Below, piece by piece: positions 1 to 14,400 of a DNA stretch of 59,309 nt. The notes below the pieces were generated by a model that saw only the letters and a list, made by a program, of their open reading frames with translations, was not told the DNA's origin and did not search any database. The position numbers and the translations under genes are program-made. Position 1 is the stretch's first letter. Each line of letters begins with the position of its first letter. Origin of the DNA: an uncultured virus (IMG/VR IMGVR_UViG_3300021256_000068) (taxonomy: Duplodnaviria > Heunggongvirae > Uroviricota > Caudoviricetes); the IMG/VR virus record IMGVR_UViG_3300021256_000068, one strand, 5' to 3'.

Positions 1-341
1 CTCTCTTCAGAAGTTGTTTGTTGTTGTTCTTGTATCGCTTTCATCTGACCTTCTAGTTTACTAATTTTATCTTCTAGTTCGTCTGTTTTCTTAAAAAGTT
101 CTTTTGTTCTATTCTTATTATCTACATAGTGAATAGTGTCTTTCTCTTCAATCTCTTTAATTGTTTCACCTTGAGTTGTTTGTAAATTTAATAACTTCCC
201 TTGATTAATAACTACATCATCTAATTTTTTAGATATATTGTCTAAAGATTTCGAAGTTAAAGCCAAACTAGATTCTGTCTTTCCTATACTTTCCGTAAGA
301 GAGAATAGACGCGCGAGTACTGTTTGTTCGTCCATTATCAT
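1..341 (-). CDS. Coiled-coil protein, runs off the window edge (possible lysis-associated protein)
   Basis: Open frame MIMDEQTVLARLFSLTESIGK...; GGTGGTG RBS; leftward promoter at 383-411. Confidence 0.6.
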   Translation of the reverse strand, partial: MIMDEQTVLARLFSLTESIGKTESSLALTSKSLDNISKKLDDVVINQGKLLNLQTTQGETIKEIEEKDTIHYVDNKNRTKELFKKTDELEDKISKLEGQMKAIQEQQQTTSEE

Positions 342-459
342 ATAATCACCACCGCAATAAATGCCTCTCTTATTCTACTTTTATTATAGTTCGTTTCTAC
401 GAAATTAGCAATTTTCGGAAAACAAGATTATACTATTTATGTGTAAGGAGATGATAATT

Positions 460-633
460 ATGGAAATTACCATTAACGGAATAGAAAAAAATATTAGCGA
501 CTTTTCAACTGATGTATTATCAGTAGAAGAAAAGAGAATTGAAAGAAAAATGTTTAATATGGAATTTGTTTCTGATGAAGAACAAGCCGCTTTTATTGCT
601 ATTAAAGAAGAATTAGAAAGAAGAAGTGAGTAA
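460..633 (+). CDS. Small hypothetical protein
   Basis: AAGGAG RBS before the ATG at 460; TAA stop; coupled to the next gene. Confidence 0.65.
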   Translation: MEITINGIEKNISDFSTDVLSVEEKRIERKMFNMEFVSDEEQAAFIAIKEELERRSE

Positions 634-635
634 TT

Positions 636-1364
636 ATGGCAAAGTTATCTGCGGAAAAAATTAATGAAGAATTACGCAAAAAAGACTTTGAATTAGTTGA
701 TTGTAGTGGATATGAAAATTTAACAAGTTTTATCACAGTCAAATGTCCTAAAGGTCATATTACTCAAACTAATTTAAAAAGTTTTAGACACGAAAGTTAT
801 CAATGTCCAGAGTGCGATAAAAGTATAGATTTTAGCAATCCTACTGAAGTTCCTGATAAAGGAGGCAAATTTCGTGTAATTGCTTTCGACCAAGCAACTG
901 AACACTTTGGATTGAGTATTTTTGATGATGGAAAATTAATATACTATAAATTATTTGTATTTACTGGCTCTGCTATCAATAGAATGGTAAAGATTAGAAA
1001 AATGATAGATGAACTTGTAATTAAACAATGAAAACCAAATTATATTGTTTTTGAAGATATACAATATCAAAATGGATATATTACTTTCAAAACTCTTGCT
1101 ATGTTATTAGGTGTAGTTCACGAAGTATGTCAAGCTAATGACATTCCTTTTGAATGTGTTAGTCCTAACGTATGACGTAAATATGCGGGAACGTGCGGCA
1201 AAACTAGACAGGAAGAGAAAATGTTGTCGATAGCAGTAGTAAAAGAAAAGTATAATGTATCTGTAACTGATGACGTTGCGGAAGCAATATTGATTGGTAG
1301 ATACGGTGCAGCGCACCATTACGCTGAAGCACCAATATTATTTGGAAAGAAAAAAACCTCTTAA
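636..1364 (+). CDS. Zn-ribbon plus RuvC-like Holliday junction resolvase (2 in-frame TGA=Trp)
   Basis: CPKGH...CPEC; RuvC motifs IAFDQAT, KQ[W]KPNYIVFEDIQ, PNV[W]RK, TDDVAEAILIG are all in frame only with TGA read-through. Confidence 0.85.
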
Positions 1365-1387
1365 TTGAGGTTTTATTTTTTATTTTT
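1350..1387. terminator. Bidirectional intrinsic terminator
   Basis: AAAAAAACCTC-TTAATT-GAGGTTTTATTTTT between convergent genes. Confidence 0.7.
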
Positions 1388-2420
1388 GGATTAACTTGTT
1401 TACTAATTCACTTAATTGATTTATTTGTTCTTGTTGCTTATCAATTATTTCTTGTTGTTCTTGAATAGCCTTCCAAGCAATATACACAAGCTTTGACTCT
1501 TTTACTGTCATATAATTGCCATTTTCGCCGCTTGCCTGTGGATTACATACAAGACCGAAATCACCAGCTGAAACATTTAATGCTTCTTGAGCAATAATAC
1601 CTATTGAATCTGAACCATCTGACTTATATTTGAAATTATAAATTGGAAGAGCTTTGATAAGACCTAATGCAGAGAAAGTAGAGCGAGTAATATTTGTTTT
1701 TGCTCGTTTATCTGATGTCGCATTGAAATATAATGCTTGAACATAGTTATCTACATCAATATATCCATTAGCATTACTGCTGTTTTTTCTAACTCTGATA
1801 TAGTCATGTACATATAATGGACAGTCTGTCAAAATTTTAGTTTGTTCTATACTAGAGCTAGATGAATAGCTACCACTAGTATCGACAAAACAAGCAACTG
1901 AAAAACCTTTATAAACATCTACGTTGTTAGTTTTTCCTTTCAAACCAAACCAAATTGGATTATCATATGCATTAGTATTATTGTAAAGTCTAGATGGACT
2001 AATAAACTGTATACGTGTACCGGTATTGCCGTCGCCAGCTCCTTGAAATTTAATTTGTGTCGCATTTATATTTAAAACAGAACTATTACCTTCTGATGAG
2101 CCTCCTCCTTTTATTTCTAATCCGTTGTTATCATGACCAATATATCCATGATAGTTACCGATAGTACCTACTGGAGTAGATTCTGCATTAAAATATACTT
2201 TATTTAAGAAATAAAAATCATGTTTAATTCTACCATATTCAGCAAGAGATGTAATGAAATATCCTTCATTATGGCTTGTATTTCCATAACTTCATGAAAA
2301 AGTTGGAGTATACATATAAGAATAACCTACAGGGCCTAGAGTTAATGCATCATCTATGCTAATTTTCCAATTGTATCCATTACTTGCTAATCCTTTAATA
2401 TGTTGATAAAAGTATGCCAT
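1380..2420 (-). CDS. Tail fibre/spike with C-terminal intramolecular chaperone (peptidase S74-like)
   Basis: TSDKRAKTNI cleavage motif, GIIAQE and a C-terminal coiled coil; frame extends to the ATG at 2420 through one TGA (2292). Confidence 0.8.
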
Positions 2421-2489
2421 TTATATCACCCATTTTTATTATAATATTTTTTGGAGGAGAAATCAAAAGTGAAATCTCCTCCTTTTATT

Positions 2490-5400
2490 TTAGTTAAGAG
2501 GATTTCTTCTAATCATCTTTGCTAATCTACGAATTAATTTGTCTTGATATTTAATAGTGTTTACAGTTAATTGACAATTGCCGTCATTACGTAAATCTCT
2601 TGAAATATCAGTTATGAATAATAATTGAGATAATGCTTCATAAATATCATCTCTATCATTTGTGTAATCCTCTGCGGAAATCTTGATACCTTCACCAATA
2701 TGAAGTTCAGGTCCACGATAATACTTAGGATTATAAGTATATTTAGGATTTTCAGTTCCGTCACTATTATCTAATGTTTCAACATCTTGAACTAAATCAA
2801 TTAAAGATATTGAATAGCTCTTTTCAGGGTACTTTTGGTCTTCAAAAGCATACTTTGCCATCGTAAGAAGCTCTTCAGATGTAGTTGCTGAGTCATTAGA
2901 ATATGAAGTTTCAAGGAATAAATATGGATATTCTTCATAGAATGAACGCCATAAATCATCTCGTTTTTGTAATAATAACTCATAATTACTTGTACCAGCA
3001 TCTACAAAGTGGGATGTTAAGTAAGTAATTGCAATACCATTTCAACCAGTATAATCAGGTAAATATAAACCAACAGATTGATTTAAGAAAGTTGCCCAAT
3101 TACATCCACCTGTTTGAATTGTATAGTATGAAATTTTATCCGCAATTTTTGTGAAATATAGATAATTAGTAGATACGTTTTGTGTACGCTCTAACATCTT
3201 ATCTACCTCACTTTGTTGTTCAGTAGAAAGTTGATTATATGTGTATAGTTCACTATTTTCTATTTGAGGAGGTACATCACTTCAAGTAATCATGTACTGT
3301 TTATCAGTAGTTTTGATAATCTTAGGTACATATACGGAATTTAATACTACATTTGTGTTTGTTTTAATAGCTACTTCAAAATGATTAACAACTTTATCTT
3401 GTTTAATACGTCATTCATCAGGAACAAATATATCACATAACAAGCTTGCGGCAGAAGCTTCATTTCAATATAATTGAAGATTTGATTCGATTAATGCCGC
3501 ATGTTCACGAAGTGGAATTAATGAGCTATCTCCAAGAGTATATTCATATCAGAAGTCACCATTAGTTGGATTACTAACTAATGTACTACTATGCTCTGTT
3601 ATAGTTACGTCATAATTAAAATCTGTATATGGAGCATACCCATTAATTGAGGTTGCTGAACTCTCAATATTAAATTGATAATTAATTATATCAGGAGTAA
3701 CTGATTGATAATTATACCTGTACATTCTGACATATTGATTAATCTGTTTGTCAAAAGTGTAATAAGTATATATTTGAGGTACTTTATATAATAAGTTGCC
3801 TAATAGTTGATTAATTGTATACACTCTTTCATCTTTACTATTATACCATTCATAAATGTTATCTTGTAAATGATTACGTAAATCATACTGTAATGCCGCA
3901 GGAGTCATTTTAACTTCTTGTTCAATGTAATATAATTTTTCAACTATATGAGGTTTACTTTGTAGTTCACTGATATTAAATTGTTTGCCATATTGGTCTG
4001 TGATTGTTTCAGTAAATATTTGATTTATTTTTGTTGAAATACTGGTACTTAAATCTTCAAGAACGCCATCAATAATATAATATACAGCATATTTCTTATC
4101 AAAATCATCTTCATCTACATCATCATCTTCGTCTATATCTTCAACTGGAAGCTGAAGTACTTGAGTTCTGTTTAAAATAATTCCTTTATTAATAATATCA
4201 TAATCACTGTATTGATTTAATGTTTCACCAAAACTATGTGTATAAAAATCTGGATTAAGTAAATCAATTACCAATAAATTAATATCATCTGATAGATTAG
4301 CAACTTCACTTGCACGTACTCTCGTATATGTAATAGTTTTTCTATATTTATAATTATTGAAATTTGTAGAATGAGCTATTATATTACCAAAAGTATATGC
4401 TAACGAATTAGCGTCTCCATCTTTGATTGGCTTTATTGAATAAAAATATTCTTTTGGAAAGTCACTCATAAAATCATCAAAAAGTTCATTAGAATCTTTT
4501 GCTACTCGGTATCCATTAAAAGATTGGAATATACCCTTATTACCTAAACTACAACTAGAATAATTAGAAGTATTTTCACTTATACGAGTATAAAAATTTT
4601 GATAATTAGTAGACGTAACTAATGTCATTGAAGTGTTTCCATTATAAATTGTATTAAGTGGGAAATTTTTGAAATATGCACTATGTTTTTTACTGCTTCG
4701 ACTTTTATATGGAGAAAATTGAAGATATAAATTCTCAGATAAGTGAGAATTACTACCTTTATATCCACCTAAGACTAAGAAATCATTACGCATAGCTCGT
4801 CTAAATCATGATTTTAAAGCAGAACCTCCAAACATTTCTATAAAGAAACTTGTAATTTCTCAACCTATACTTATATCTGCAAGTTTTCCTCATCCTAAGA
4901 AATTATTATCTGTGTTTTGGTACTCATTATTTGGATTTGGATATTCTTTATAATCACCAACGTCCGTGTCAATCCAATTGACATTATATAAATCAGACAA
5001 TGATTCTTCTGAATAATCTTTTTTAATTTTTAAATTAGAACCTGCTCTATATAAATAATTCTTTAATATGTCTGATGAGTATATTGGTTGATAAAATACA
5101 AAACCATCACAAGTAGAAGAATTGTCAGGTACAAATTTAATAGTATCTGAATTTAATACAGCATTTGCATTTTGTCCTACATATAAAGCCTTATTTCCTA
5201 ATTGCCAAACAAAGCCAGCTGGTCTCGTGTATGTATGACCATTAACAATAATTTTACTATCACTAAATAGATATATTTTATTTCCATCAAAAGCTATTCC
5301 GTCTTCATATTTTTTATTACATACAAGATAATTACTATCTTTTTCATATATCTTACATTGACAAGGATAATAAACGTTATCAACTTTTATTGCTATATGT

Positions 5401-7889
5401 AAATTTAAACTTCCTTCAGATATGCTCTTTTTATCTTCGTCAGTGATAGTAGGTATTCAATTGCTCATATTTAAAATATCATTTAGTCTTAAAAAGAATA
5501 CTTGTCTTAAATATTGTGTATCTTTATTATATTTATCATATTCACCGCACTTATGTAATACATTTTCATAACAATGGACTGTCATATTGTCATAATTATC
5601 ATTAGTAATTAGATAATTTTCTTTATCAAACATGCTGTGTTGAGCATCATTGTTATATAGTCTGATATTGTTATAATCAACTAATTGTCCATTAACAACT
5701 TTAAAGAACTTAGAATGAGTATTATTTACATAATCCATAGTAAGAGTTCGATATTGGTCTTCTTTATTTGGTTCAAAACGATAAATATTATCTGTGTCAC
5801 TATCATTAATAGTAATTGTAACTTCATAATATTTCTTATAAATATCATCAAGAGGAGTTTCAAAATATTGTCTAAAATTATATAAATTTTTCAAACATCT
5901 TTGACGTGCATTTAAAAACTTACGCATATAGTCAGAAGTGGTTTCATATAAATCCATAAAAGTTGAAGTAATCATTGAACCACTTATATCTGTTTGTGAT
6001 GCTGGCGCGGCGCCACTAATATTTGCTTGTAATAGACTTCAACGAGTAATTAAATTATTTGTATCATATGAATTATTACTACCTTTTCTTTTATAGCTAT
6101 CTACAATACTAGATACTTCAGCACCAACCATATCAATATTATTAGTCATTTCTGCTAAATATTTAGTTTGACTATGAACTCGACTATAATATGCGGCTGC
6201 ACTTAATAATATATCTGAATTAATTTTTCTTAAATCGTTATAAATTCTTTGATTTATATCTTTTTGTTGAGGTTTAGATAAAAGTCCTGCCTTAATAAAA
6301 TGCGTATAATCAATCAATTTATTCTCTAATCAAGGAAGTTGATCTGCTATTCTTGCGAAAGTTTCATCTTCATCAGTATATTCAGTTTTAAAGAAAATGT
6401 GAAATTCAAAGTCTTCAATATAATTATCTGGTTGTAATATTTGTTGAAACTCATCATTTTCAACTGTTAAAATTAATGCAGGAAAATTATTTACAGTTCC
6501 AATAGTAGTAGTGAAATTAGAATTATCTGAAGTTGATACTTTTAATTCTCCAATGTTATTTTTAAATGAGAAAGAACTACGCACTTTTTGTGTTTGATAT
6601 ACTTGAATATTATATAAAGAATATAGAATAGAAGATTTTTCTTCCAATCTCATTTTAAAACAAATTTCATTTCCACTATGAGAAATATACACTTTTCCAA
6701 AATCAAAAGTGCTTGTATTGTATTGAGGTATACTATCACTCGAATCTATACTAAATTGAGGTCCATATAATAAATTACTATACATTCCTGGATAATATTC
6801 ACTATAACGCTTCCAATAGGTACTACCAAAATAAGACATAAAGAAAGGACTTACTGTTGGTAGCGCGGTAATTACTTCATCATTACTTAACGTTCTGCTA
6901 TCAATATTTAAAGTAGTTACTAAAGAGTCTGATTTTTCTGATAAGTTAAAGGTTTTTATATTTCTAAAAGGAGAATATTTTAAGCCGCTAACTAAATCTT
7001 TCTTTGACGGCTCAAATCAAAAATAAGTAATTAATGTAATAAAATTATCATTTAATTTTGTAACGCTATTCTTTTCTGGTTCAACAAGAACAGTTGCAGT
7101 ATTTAATACTAAACCTATTTGTTCTCCTAATGAAATTAATGCGCCGTTTGCGGTTGTTGATGAACAACTAAAAGGTATTGTTTCATATAAGTCTGCATTT
7201 TCAGGAGTATTAAGGTAGTTAGTTTTTAAAATTTTTAATACTTTTTTACTAGCACTTTGTTTAAGAGTTGTATTAATAGCAGTGCCATCAGTACATAAAT
7301 ATAATGGAGTTTCTAATTTTAAATATTTATAAGCAATTTTACATTCTTTAACAATTTTATCGACCCAAGAATCAATATTTAATGCGCCGATAAAATTTTT
7401 TGAATTAATGTCATTTTTTATTGTATAGCCATCATTTTGTTTTGCTAATTGATATGAAAAACTATCTTGACAAGTAAAATTATAAACGATATTGTTTTCT
7501 GTAATTGTATAGGTAATATTTTTGACAGTAAAAAGATATATATTATTATATTTATCTTCTAACAATAATTGTCCACCAGATTTAATTTTTGATGCAAAAG
7601 GATTATCCTTCCAAGTATCATCATCTAATATCATCTTATCAAGAGAAAAAGTAAGATCTTTTTGTCCTTGTTGATGGATATTTAATTTCTCATTGTAAGT
7701 ATATGTTTTAGTGTAAATATTTGTAGTTCCTGACTTTAATTGCGGAGCTAAGTTATTCTCTCTTTCGTATTGAATTAATTGTTCATCTACATTATTACCA
7801 TAAAATTCAGAAATTACATTCTTTATATATCTATTTGGATTGTCTTTATCATAAGCTTTTGTTAATAAGCTTAATTTAAAATATGCCAT
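2490..7889 (-). CDS. Large tail tip/central tail protein, about 1800 aa under code 4
   Basis: Six supplied ORFs (7017, 6330, 6039, 5457, 3549, 2490) share one frame and the first five end in TGA; located downstream of the tape measure and Dit-like genes. Confidence 0.75.
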
Positions 7890-7900
7890 AAAATCACCTT

Positions 7901-9253
7901 CTAACTAAAAATTACTTCAAACTTATCCTCTATTTGTGGATGACTAGTACTTGGTTTATTAAAACGAACTTGATATTCACTAGTCTTACTAGGTCTTTCA
8001 TATAAAACAGTGTCTGCAATTAATTCTTCATATTCATTATTGTTATTTACGTATACTGTTTGAGGATAAATACTTGTTGCGCCACATCAATGTTGATAAT
8101 CCTTACTATCACCATGAATTGGTTGTAATGATTGTGGATCGCTGCCATATCTTACATTAATATTAATATAATCAAATAAAGTCGTAGTGTCAAAATTATT
8201 ATTACTATATTTTATTTTATAAATACCATCATAAAAATATCTTGGTGTTGACTCAACTACTTGTATATTATACTGCAATCCAAAATCTAATTCATTAGAT
8301 AGATGATAAGTATATATTAATGCAGCTTTCCCACTTGCATCGATACCTGTACTTATTGTCCAAGTTATATATTGCGCTAGTGCCGCTTCAAAAAGTATGT
8401 AATGATCTAAAACTGAGGGGCTTAAAATATTAGATATGTCATAAGAATCTTTTTTATAAATAGTAGCACCAATATCTAGTGAAGAAGTATAATCAGGTCC
8501 ATACCAAAAAACACGGTCTGATGTATTTTTATATCCTCATCTATATTGTAATTTATTGATATATAAAATATTTTTCATTGGCACACTTATTGAAAAAGTA
8601 AATTGTTTATCATATGAATCTTGTTCAGATGGTGGATCTATATGTGAATCATATGGATAGACTCAATTAGGACAAATATTATATTCTGTTTTATCTATTA
8701 TATTTAAATGACAACTGAAATTATTTTTAACATAATAATATCCTCATCCAGATTGTCATCTTTCTATTTGATTACCTCTGGTAGTATAAATTATAATTTC
8801 ATCACATTTTGGTATAGATATGGTAACATATCCATAATAAAGTTCATCATCATCAGGTTTAAATTCTACAAACTCATCTTGTGGATTAGATAATATGTTA
8901 TCAGTAGTAACAAAATTTGAATAATTTCCACCTGATTTAAACTCAATTGTCTGAATAATTGTATTGGATTTTTTAATTATTATACTTGATATAAAAATCT
9001 CATCAATACCATATGTAGTGAGTATTAATTGAGTTGGATATAATTCATCTTCTAATGATGTTTTATTAATTAAAACATTTGGATCTGTGTTTGTGTAGTA
9101 TCCACTACCATCTTCTAATAATCTTCATTCTGGATTATAATAATGTAAATATTCATATAATGAATTTGTTTGATTTCGTAATTGATTAACATACTCTTTC
9201 TTATATGCTTGAACTCAGTCCTTATTTTGCTTAGAAATATTAAAACTTTTCAT
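7901..9253 (-). CDS. Putative tail/baseplate protein (multiple TGA=Trp)
   Basis: Frame from ATG 9253 to TAG 7901 spot-checked; contains ORF 8087-8278; TGA in contexts such as R[W]QSG[W]G. Confidence 0.6.
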
Positions 9254-9254
9254 A

Positions 9255-9983
9255 TTATCTCACCCTCATATAGACGTTTTGACTATGAATAACTGTAGTT
9301 ACTGTAATACTATAAGCAATAGAAGTAGAATTATCTTCATTTGTAACTGTCGTAGAAGTATATGTTCAACTATAATCTGGATAAATTTCCTCATATGCAT
9401 TATTTTCAAAAATAAAAAATTTAACAAGAGGTTTTAAAAGTCCAGTATTGGTAGCTATTCCCTTAAAAGTAGAAGTATATGGACCAGATCCACTAAAGGC
9501 ATCAGTACATCTATCAATCGAATAACCTTGTTGCTGTTCTGCGTCCATAGTAACAGTTTCTGTCCATTCTTCACTAGGAGTGTTACTTTGATAAGAATAC
9601 GTTACTTTCAACATATCTTCATCATCGTCATAAGTAATAGAAGGTTTATAAATACCTTTATTTTCTGCGTCTATCCATATTAATTCACCATCCGCTTTTC
9701 GATATGCAATATCTCCTCTATAGTGGTTTTCCGCTCCATTATTTAAAACGTTTGCATTAACAATTGCGGCTTCACCTATATTTAATAAAGCTAATTTTGA
9801 AGTCAAATCATTATCATTTAATAATACCTGAGTTACATTATACACATCCCAGAAAGAAACATTTCTAGTTATATCGTTTAATTTTTTATTAATTTCTGTT
9901 AATGCTGTTTTAATATCACTCGCTCTTTGATCGTCAAGACTTCAAGTACTAAAAAATTCAGTTTCATTATGATTTAGGTTCAT
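9255..9983 (-). CDS. Putative tail protein (TGA=Trp)
   Basis: GAGGTG RBS; extends ORF 9366-9845 at both ends through TGA. Confidence 0.65.
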
Positions 9984-9993
9984 ATTATCACCT

Positions 9994-11457
9994 CTATACT
10001 AAAATTGCTTTTGCTCGTCCATAAGTTTGTACTGTTGATGGGTCTATTGTTTTAGGAAAAGTAAAAACGAATGGGGTTCAATTTGCAGGAGCCGGATCGG
10101 CAAATAGCTCAAAACTAGCATTATTTATTGAATATTCAACGTGATTTTGTTGATAAACAACAATAGAAACACTATCCGCACTAGATACTTTAAAAGAGAA
10201 TTGACCATTATTTTGTAATTGAACATCATTAGATCTCTCATTTAATGTACCAGTAGAGGTAAACTGAGGTAAATCTATATAATTTCCATTCTCTTTAAAT
10301 AAATACTCTACTCCATTGATAATAACTTTTTGAACATAGGCACTGCCATCACCTTGTGGTTGTCTTATTTTTATTATGGTTGGTTCCATAATAAAATCAA
10401 AATTAGTTAGTTTTCATACAAAATATACTTTTTTTATATCTTCATTTTTATCAATCTTCATTTTTGTTGTAGACATATTTTTAATTAAATATTCACCATA
10501 AGTATTAGTTAATAATAAATTTAATACTTTGTAATCACTTTCTCCATATTGCATAAATATTAAACCAGAAACTGAATCATATTTAATAGAAAAAGATTTA
10601 TCAATGTCTTGAAAACTTTGTGGCTGTGCAGTTGCATTACTATTAACTTCAGTATTTTGTCAATTAGTAGTAATCTTATTAAATTCTATATGACATAATA
10701 AAGCCATGTCATCATTAGTTAATTGATGAACATCTTTATCTTTATTCGTAATATATAAATCTAGTTGACATTCATGCTCATCAGAAATCGGAGTAACACG
10801 AATTTCTCCTACAACACTAAAAGGCTTTTCTGATTTTGATAACATTCAATTGTCAATAACTGCTTCTGTTTTTACCATATTTATTGTAACATTATCTATA
10901 GGTGTAATGGTATACGGAGTAGTGTTCTTAGGCACAGTTCAAACATATTGTCTTTGAGCAAGTGCACATTGTTCACCTTGAACTTCAAAAGTAATATTAT
11001 TTTCAACCATATATAAATCATTATTATCACTATCTACACCAATAATAGTTTTAACTGCTTCTTTCATACCTGTTGTTTTTGCTAAATAACATAACTTATC
11101 ATCATAATCAAAAGCAAGATAATCGATTTCATATGGACCTAACGCAGCAATTAAACTACGATATTGTGCCGCGGTCACACCATAAGTGCAAATACTAAAA
11201 CTTACTTGCATTCTTGTAAACTTAACACCAGTTAAATTACCCATAGCATGGTCATATTGAGGTGAACTATACTCGTTAGAGAAGGAAGGCCCATTAACAA
11301 ATTTAAGGGCACTTCCGTTATTTGTAATAAACGTATGATATGTCTCTCACATATCTTCTCCACGTCAATAAAACTTTGCATATTTATCAAGTCTTCGTCC
11401 AAGATATTCAATTTCTTTTTCGATATTATTTCTTGTTGAGTAACTACTTGAACTCAT
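9994..11457 (-). CDS. Putative distal tail (Dit-like) protein (about 7 TGA=Trp)
   Basis: ORFs 10939, 10660 and 10078 fuse in one frame; immediately follows the tape measure gene; GAGGTG RBS. Confidence 0.7.
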
Positions 11458-11468
11458 TTTATCACCTC

Positions 11469-14400
11469 TTACATTGAAGCATTGATACCATTTTGTTGAA
11501 GCGCAAGTTTTATAGCCTCATAAATATTACGTCCTTGAGCTTCATTTCCACTTAATTCAATTACTTGATCGCCGATATTTAAAACTAAATTACCAGCGTT
11601 ATTTACTGAAGTAGAAATATTGCTTCAATCGATATCAGAAACTTGACTACCAAAAGTAGATTGAATTTCATTCAAATACAATTGAGCTTCGTTTGCAGTT
11701 TTTCCCGCAAAAGACTCAGTAGATAATAAACTTGCAACTAAGTCAGTACCGCTTGTTCCTTTTAACATATTTAAAATTTCTCTATTGTTTGCTAATAACT
11801 CATCAAATTTTTCACTAATTTCATCTATACTGTCATCAATACTTTGAATTACTGCCTCTTGCGCACGCTCACGTATGGTTTGTAAACGTTCTTTTTCAAG
11901 TTCAGCAAGAGAATTTTGTAATTCTTCAGTTTGTGCTTTCGCTGTAGCATTTGTCGAACCAGCAAGTTTTGTTAAATTAGCAACAAATAATTCGGCTTTT
12001 TCTTCGTAATCTTCATCTTCAGCACTTTGGTTAACTGCTTCAAAATACTTTTGATATGCATCTTTTCTTTCTTCAAGAGATTTTTGTAAGGCATCTTGTT
12101 CTTTCTGAAGAAGTTCTTTATATGCTTCGATACGTTTATTTTCTTGCTCTACTAAAGTTTCTAAATCAATACTTAAAAAATCATCAGATTGTAATTGTTT
12201 TAATCTTTCATTTAAATATTGAATTAAAGCTTCATTTCTTGCAGCGCCAATTTTGGCTTCTTCGAAGGCTAATTCTGCCGCTATTTCTTTGATTTCATTT
12301 TCTCTATTTTGAGTTAATGTCGTATTACTTGCTAATGCATTTCTTATTTGATCATAGTCTTTAGATTTGAAAGCCTGTAATAAAACTGCTCCACTTTGTC
12401 CACTAAACATATCTTGATGTTCGCTTAAGAAAGTGCTTTGTTCAGTTAAACTCATAGAATCCCATTTTTGTGCTGCATCATAAATTGATGTAACTGAACT
12501 TTTTAATTTATCAACATTTTGACCAATATTTTGAACACCGATTTGAACTGCATTTGCAACTTGATTTAAAATCGCAGTATAAATTTTTTCATAATCTTCC
12601 GCATTAACATCAGCTAAGAAATCTCCAAAAGCCATCTTCATAGCTTCTGCTACATCCATATTAGTCTCTGATAAAGCTGGAAGTAAACGATTAATTAATC
12701 TATCTTGATATTGATCTTCATTCATTATCTCTGAAAAATTTGCTGATAATTTTTCATCTTTTAATATTCTTGCAATTTTACTGTAACCAGTGTATAAGTC
12801 ATTAATTTCTTGATTAGTGATTTTTAAATCTTCAACTAATTCTAGTGTTTGATTACTTCAGTCTGCGAATACATTAAATTCTGAATATGCTTTTTCAATA
12901 GCATTCCATACATCAGGCATTCCTGATAATTCTTTCTTTAATTTTCTAAAAGCTTCTGTTCTATCTTTTAATGAAGCTCCATCATCTTGTAATATATCAG
13001 ACGCTACTGAGCCATCATCAAATGTAATATTACCTAATTGAGCTAAAATTTTTCGCATCTCTGTTAAATTACCAAGAAGGTTTTTTAATTGAGAATCACT
13101 ACTAGATTCAATAATTTTTTCTAATATAACTTGTCGTGCAGAGGCTTCTTCAGATGATAAATCTAATTCATCTAACGCTTGATATGCAGTACGTTTTACT
13201 GATGAAGTAGCTTGTAACTTATACATTTTTCCATTATTACTACTATTCCAATCTGCTCGTTTTAAATCTTCTACTAGCTTTTTTTCGTCCTCTGCTAATT
13301 TTTTATTGACTTCTGTTTGATATTCTTGTAAGAATTTTAATTTTTCCGCATCTCCAAGTTGATCGTAGAATTCTTGTTCTGACATACCTAATCCTTGGAT
13401 AAGGTTTTCATCTTTTTCACCAGATAATTTATCTCCAACTTGTGATAATGTTTCAGACAATTTTTCTGCATCTTCTTTAGATTTAATTAACTTTTTATCT
13501 AAATCATTAACTGCAGTTACAGCAGTTTCTATTGCTTCTGAACGTTTAGTTAATGTATAAATCTCATTACTTAATTCTTTAACATGGTCAGCAGTTTTTT
13601 CGTCTGCGCTCTTAAAAGCACCTGCTGCGTTCGCAATTGCAAAAGCAACTCCAGTCGCTAATGCTAATGCGGCAACAATACCAGCTGCAATTGCAAGACC
13701 AGGAATACCACCTTCAGCACCAGCACCAAAGATTTTTGCGAAAATACCAGGAGTTTCTTCTGCATCATCTTTCATCTTTTGTCTATGGTTCTTTCTTGCA
13801 ACGGCACCCATTACTCGCATTACTCCAACAACAGAAGTAAAGATACCTAATAACATTGAAGCTCCAGGAACCATTTGCATGATACTTGCGGCCATATTCA
13901 TACTTAAACGAGATTGTTCTCCTTGGACTTTTAAAATCTCATTATCAATAGTCAACATATCATCTTTGTATTCTTTTTTGATTGCTTCTGTTTCAAGTTC
14001 AGCTTCATTCTCTGCAGTAGTTATCTCTAACTTTGCTTGAGCGATTTCAGCTTCCGCAATTTCATTGCTTGTCTTATGCTCTTTTAATTTCTTTTGAATT
14101 GCCTCAATTTTTGCTTCTGCAGCCTGAATTTTTGCCTTTTTCTTTTCTTGAACTGTTTGTAATGCAACTTCCTTCGAAATTGCTCTTTGTGTTTTATATT
14201 GTTCAAGAGATTGAACTTTTTGTTTTAATTGCTCTTTTAAAATTAATTTTTGCATATTATGTTCTTGTATTTTATTTGTTAATACAGAAACACCATAAGA
14301 TGCAATTATTGTTAATATAGCAACCATACCTCAAGTGTTTGATATAATTTGATTTACAGTATCTAATAATCCTGTAGCTACATCAACTAAAAATACAATG